Assembly (NCBI RefSeq): GCF_964194155.1
Contig: NC_135896.1
Coordinates: 46,252,001-46,316,000 of the forward strand
Source of the DNA: Cetorhinus maximus
Taxonomy: Eukaryota
Reading direction: 5' to 3'
DNA: 64,000 nucleotides
Part shown: piece by piece, positions 62,276 through 64,000 of the stretch
Layout of the letters: the number at the start of each line of letters is the position of its first letter
How positions within the stretch are numbered: position 1 is the first letter of the stretch
Notes under the pieces: generated by a model
The model's database searches: none
What the model saw: only the letters and a program-made list of their open reading frames with translations
Told to the model about the DNA's origin: nothing
Made by a program: the position numbers and the translations under genes

Positions 62276-63920
62276 CATACAAGCCTCTTTCACAAGTGCC
62301 GTCCATGCTGGGTCCACCTTAACACCTTGGTTGCGATCCTAATCAGGTCAACATCCACCTCTGAACAAGGAGTGACAATCTTGCATCATGATGTCCTCAT
62401 CCTTGAAAGGTACGGCAGCCGCTGGAGCTTGTGGCCTGTTATGGGATAATAACTGCAACATGGCATTTTGTGAGCAGAGTAGACATAATACAGCCTCTTC
62501 AAGCATCTTGCCAACATTCCACTGCCTATGGCAGTCTTCAAGGTGCAGAAGCAGCGCTGTAATCCTCAGTGCTCTTGTGGCAGTATGCCTGCAGTCTGAC
62601 AAGGTGCCTCAAGGAGGACAATCATAGCTCAGGGTTCTCACCTTCATGATTGGGGTTGATTCTGAATCTGCACTGTGTTTTGCCCATACAGGCAATTGGT
62701 CATGCAAGACAAGTGCTCAGGCCTCATCATCATACTTAGTTCCTGGCGTACTCAGTCCCCAGCATTAGATATATCTTTAGGACCACAGTCATCTGTAACT
62801 CTCAGTAATGGATGCAATGCTGCACTTCAGCTCACATTTCAGTGGACTATGAAAGCCTCAGGAGCAGCATAGTCTGATATCTGTCAAGCACTCATAACCA
62901 TGCCTCTGGTTAAAGTCTCCCAGTGTCTTGTGCTGCCGAGTAAGGCATTTGTGGGTCCAAAAGAAAATGACACTCCATCTGGGTCTTAGGGATTCCAATT
63001 GTTGATAACAATGAGTGCACATCAGGCATCTCGGAGACTCGCTCTGATTCCAGCTGAGACCTCTACATTTTCATTCCAACAGTCTGACAAATGCACATGG
63101 AACCCAGGCACACCTGTGCAATGGTCAGTTGCACATTGCCATGTTGATTAACCCCCTGCCAGATCTGAGATAGTCAATGTGACAAGACTCTAGCCAGACC
63201 TTCTGGCCCAATGCTGCATCCTCCCATGTGCAAGTCAAGCACCTGGGGCCTCTGCACTACAACAGGTCACACAGTTTAAACACCTAGCAGGAATCGCAAG
63301 GCTCAATATCTGTCAGTGAGGCTCATAGCTCTAAATTGTGGAAGTTGGAATGTGGGGACTAATGTTGGGGTGGCGTTCAGACGTATACACGTGGACACGA
63401 GATAACGCTGCAGGCAGACAGGAGCGTATAAGAGGTCTGAGCTTAGGTTCATATGTGAAGCTCATTCAAGCTTACAGAAAGTACATGGAGGCCAATGAAA
63501 GATGCACTGACTCCATGTGTATCACCATTCAATCCTGTAAGATCCACATTGAGCACATGAGTGCAGAAGCATCTGGGACTAAATCAGCCTCCAGATTCTA
63601 AACTCATGAGGCAACATGATATGAGCCTCTGAAGCAGGTCTCAGATATGCCTTGGCCAACCATACCTTTCTCAGAGGCAGAGGTTTCACTAATGTTGACA
63701 CTGCACAAAGAACAGTCAGGGACTGTAATGCGCTGGTTATAGACAACAAAGAGTGGAGGCAGACGATGGGACTTTGGCAGGATGGGGGTGGCATCTGTGA
63801 TACTTGACAGACCACAGAGTGTTTCATCAGATAGAACATGGGAAATGAAATGAGTAAAAATCTATTTACATTTGTGCAAATTCGATATAAGTTATGGACA
63901 CTTGTGCTACCTTTGTGCTC

Positions 63921-64000
63921 TTAGTATTTCTTAATTTTTCTTACCCTGCTGCTATGTCTAGGTGCTTCCTCAACATCCACAGCAGAAGTGGAGGCAGCCT
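63921..64000 (-). pseudogene. C-terminus of the Harbinger Myb/SANT-like gene
   Basis: Minus strand DVEEAPRHSSRVRKIKKY* is homologous to EVGVPRRSTPKLKGKAP* at 13412; the nucleotide similarity is visible. Confidence 0.55.

Larger units (their letters stand above)
59213..64000. mobile_element. Second PIF/Harbinger transposon, extends past the window end
   Basis: TIR-like AGGCAGGAATTTT at ~59213; transposase on +; C-terminus of a Myb-like gene on - at the window end. Confidence 0.7.

Overview
Repeat-dominated vertebrate genomic DNA with no host protein-coding exon that I can support. The repeat set (CR1 LINE tails, Deu-domain SINEs, Penelope-type terminal repeats) suggests a cartilaginous fish such as a shark; this is inference. 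The main feature is a 5.7-kb minus-strand endogenous retrovirus at 18322-23999. It has two ~96%-identical TG..CA LTRs, an ACCT target-site duplication (TSD), a tRNA-Ser(TGA) PBS, a PPT and a YVDD-type RT. Gag-pol is collapsed by two microhomology deletions, but a full-span env pseudogene is retained and looks like a paramyxo/pneumovirus-type fusion protein (lokiretrovirus-like). Also present: an internally deleted Gypsy LTR element (3192-6161); two PIF/Harbinger transposons with convergent transposase and Myb/SANT-like genes (9698-14717 and ~59213 to past the window end); at least seven Harbinger MITEs with 3-bp TSDs; several small inverted-repeat insertions carrying hammerhead-ribozyme motifs with 13-14-bp TSDs; many CR1, L2, RTE and Tx1 LINE fragments; tRNA-derived SINEs; and an old local duplication. 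All family assignments are from motif recognition by eye; no database searches were run.
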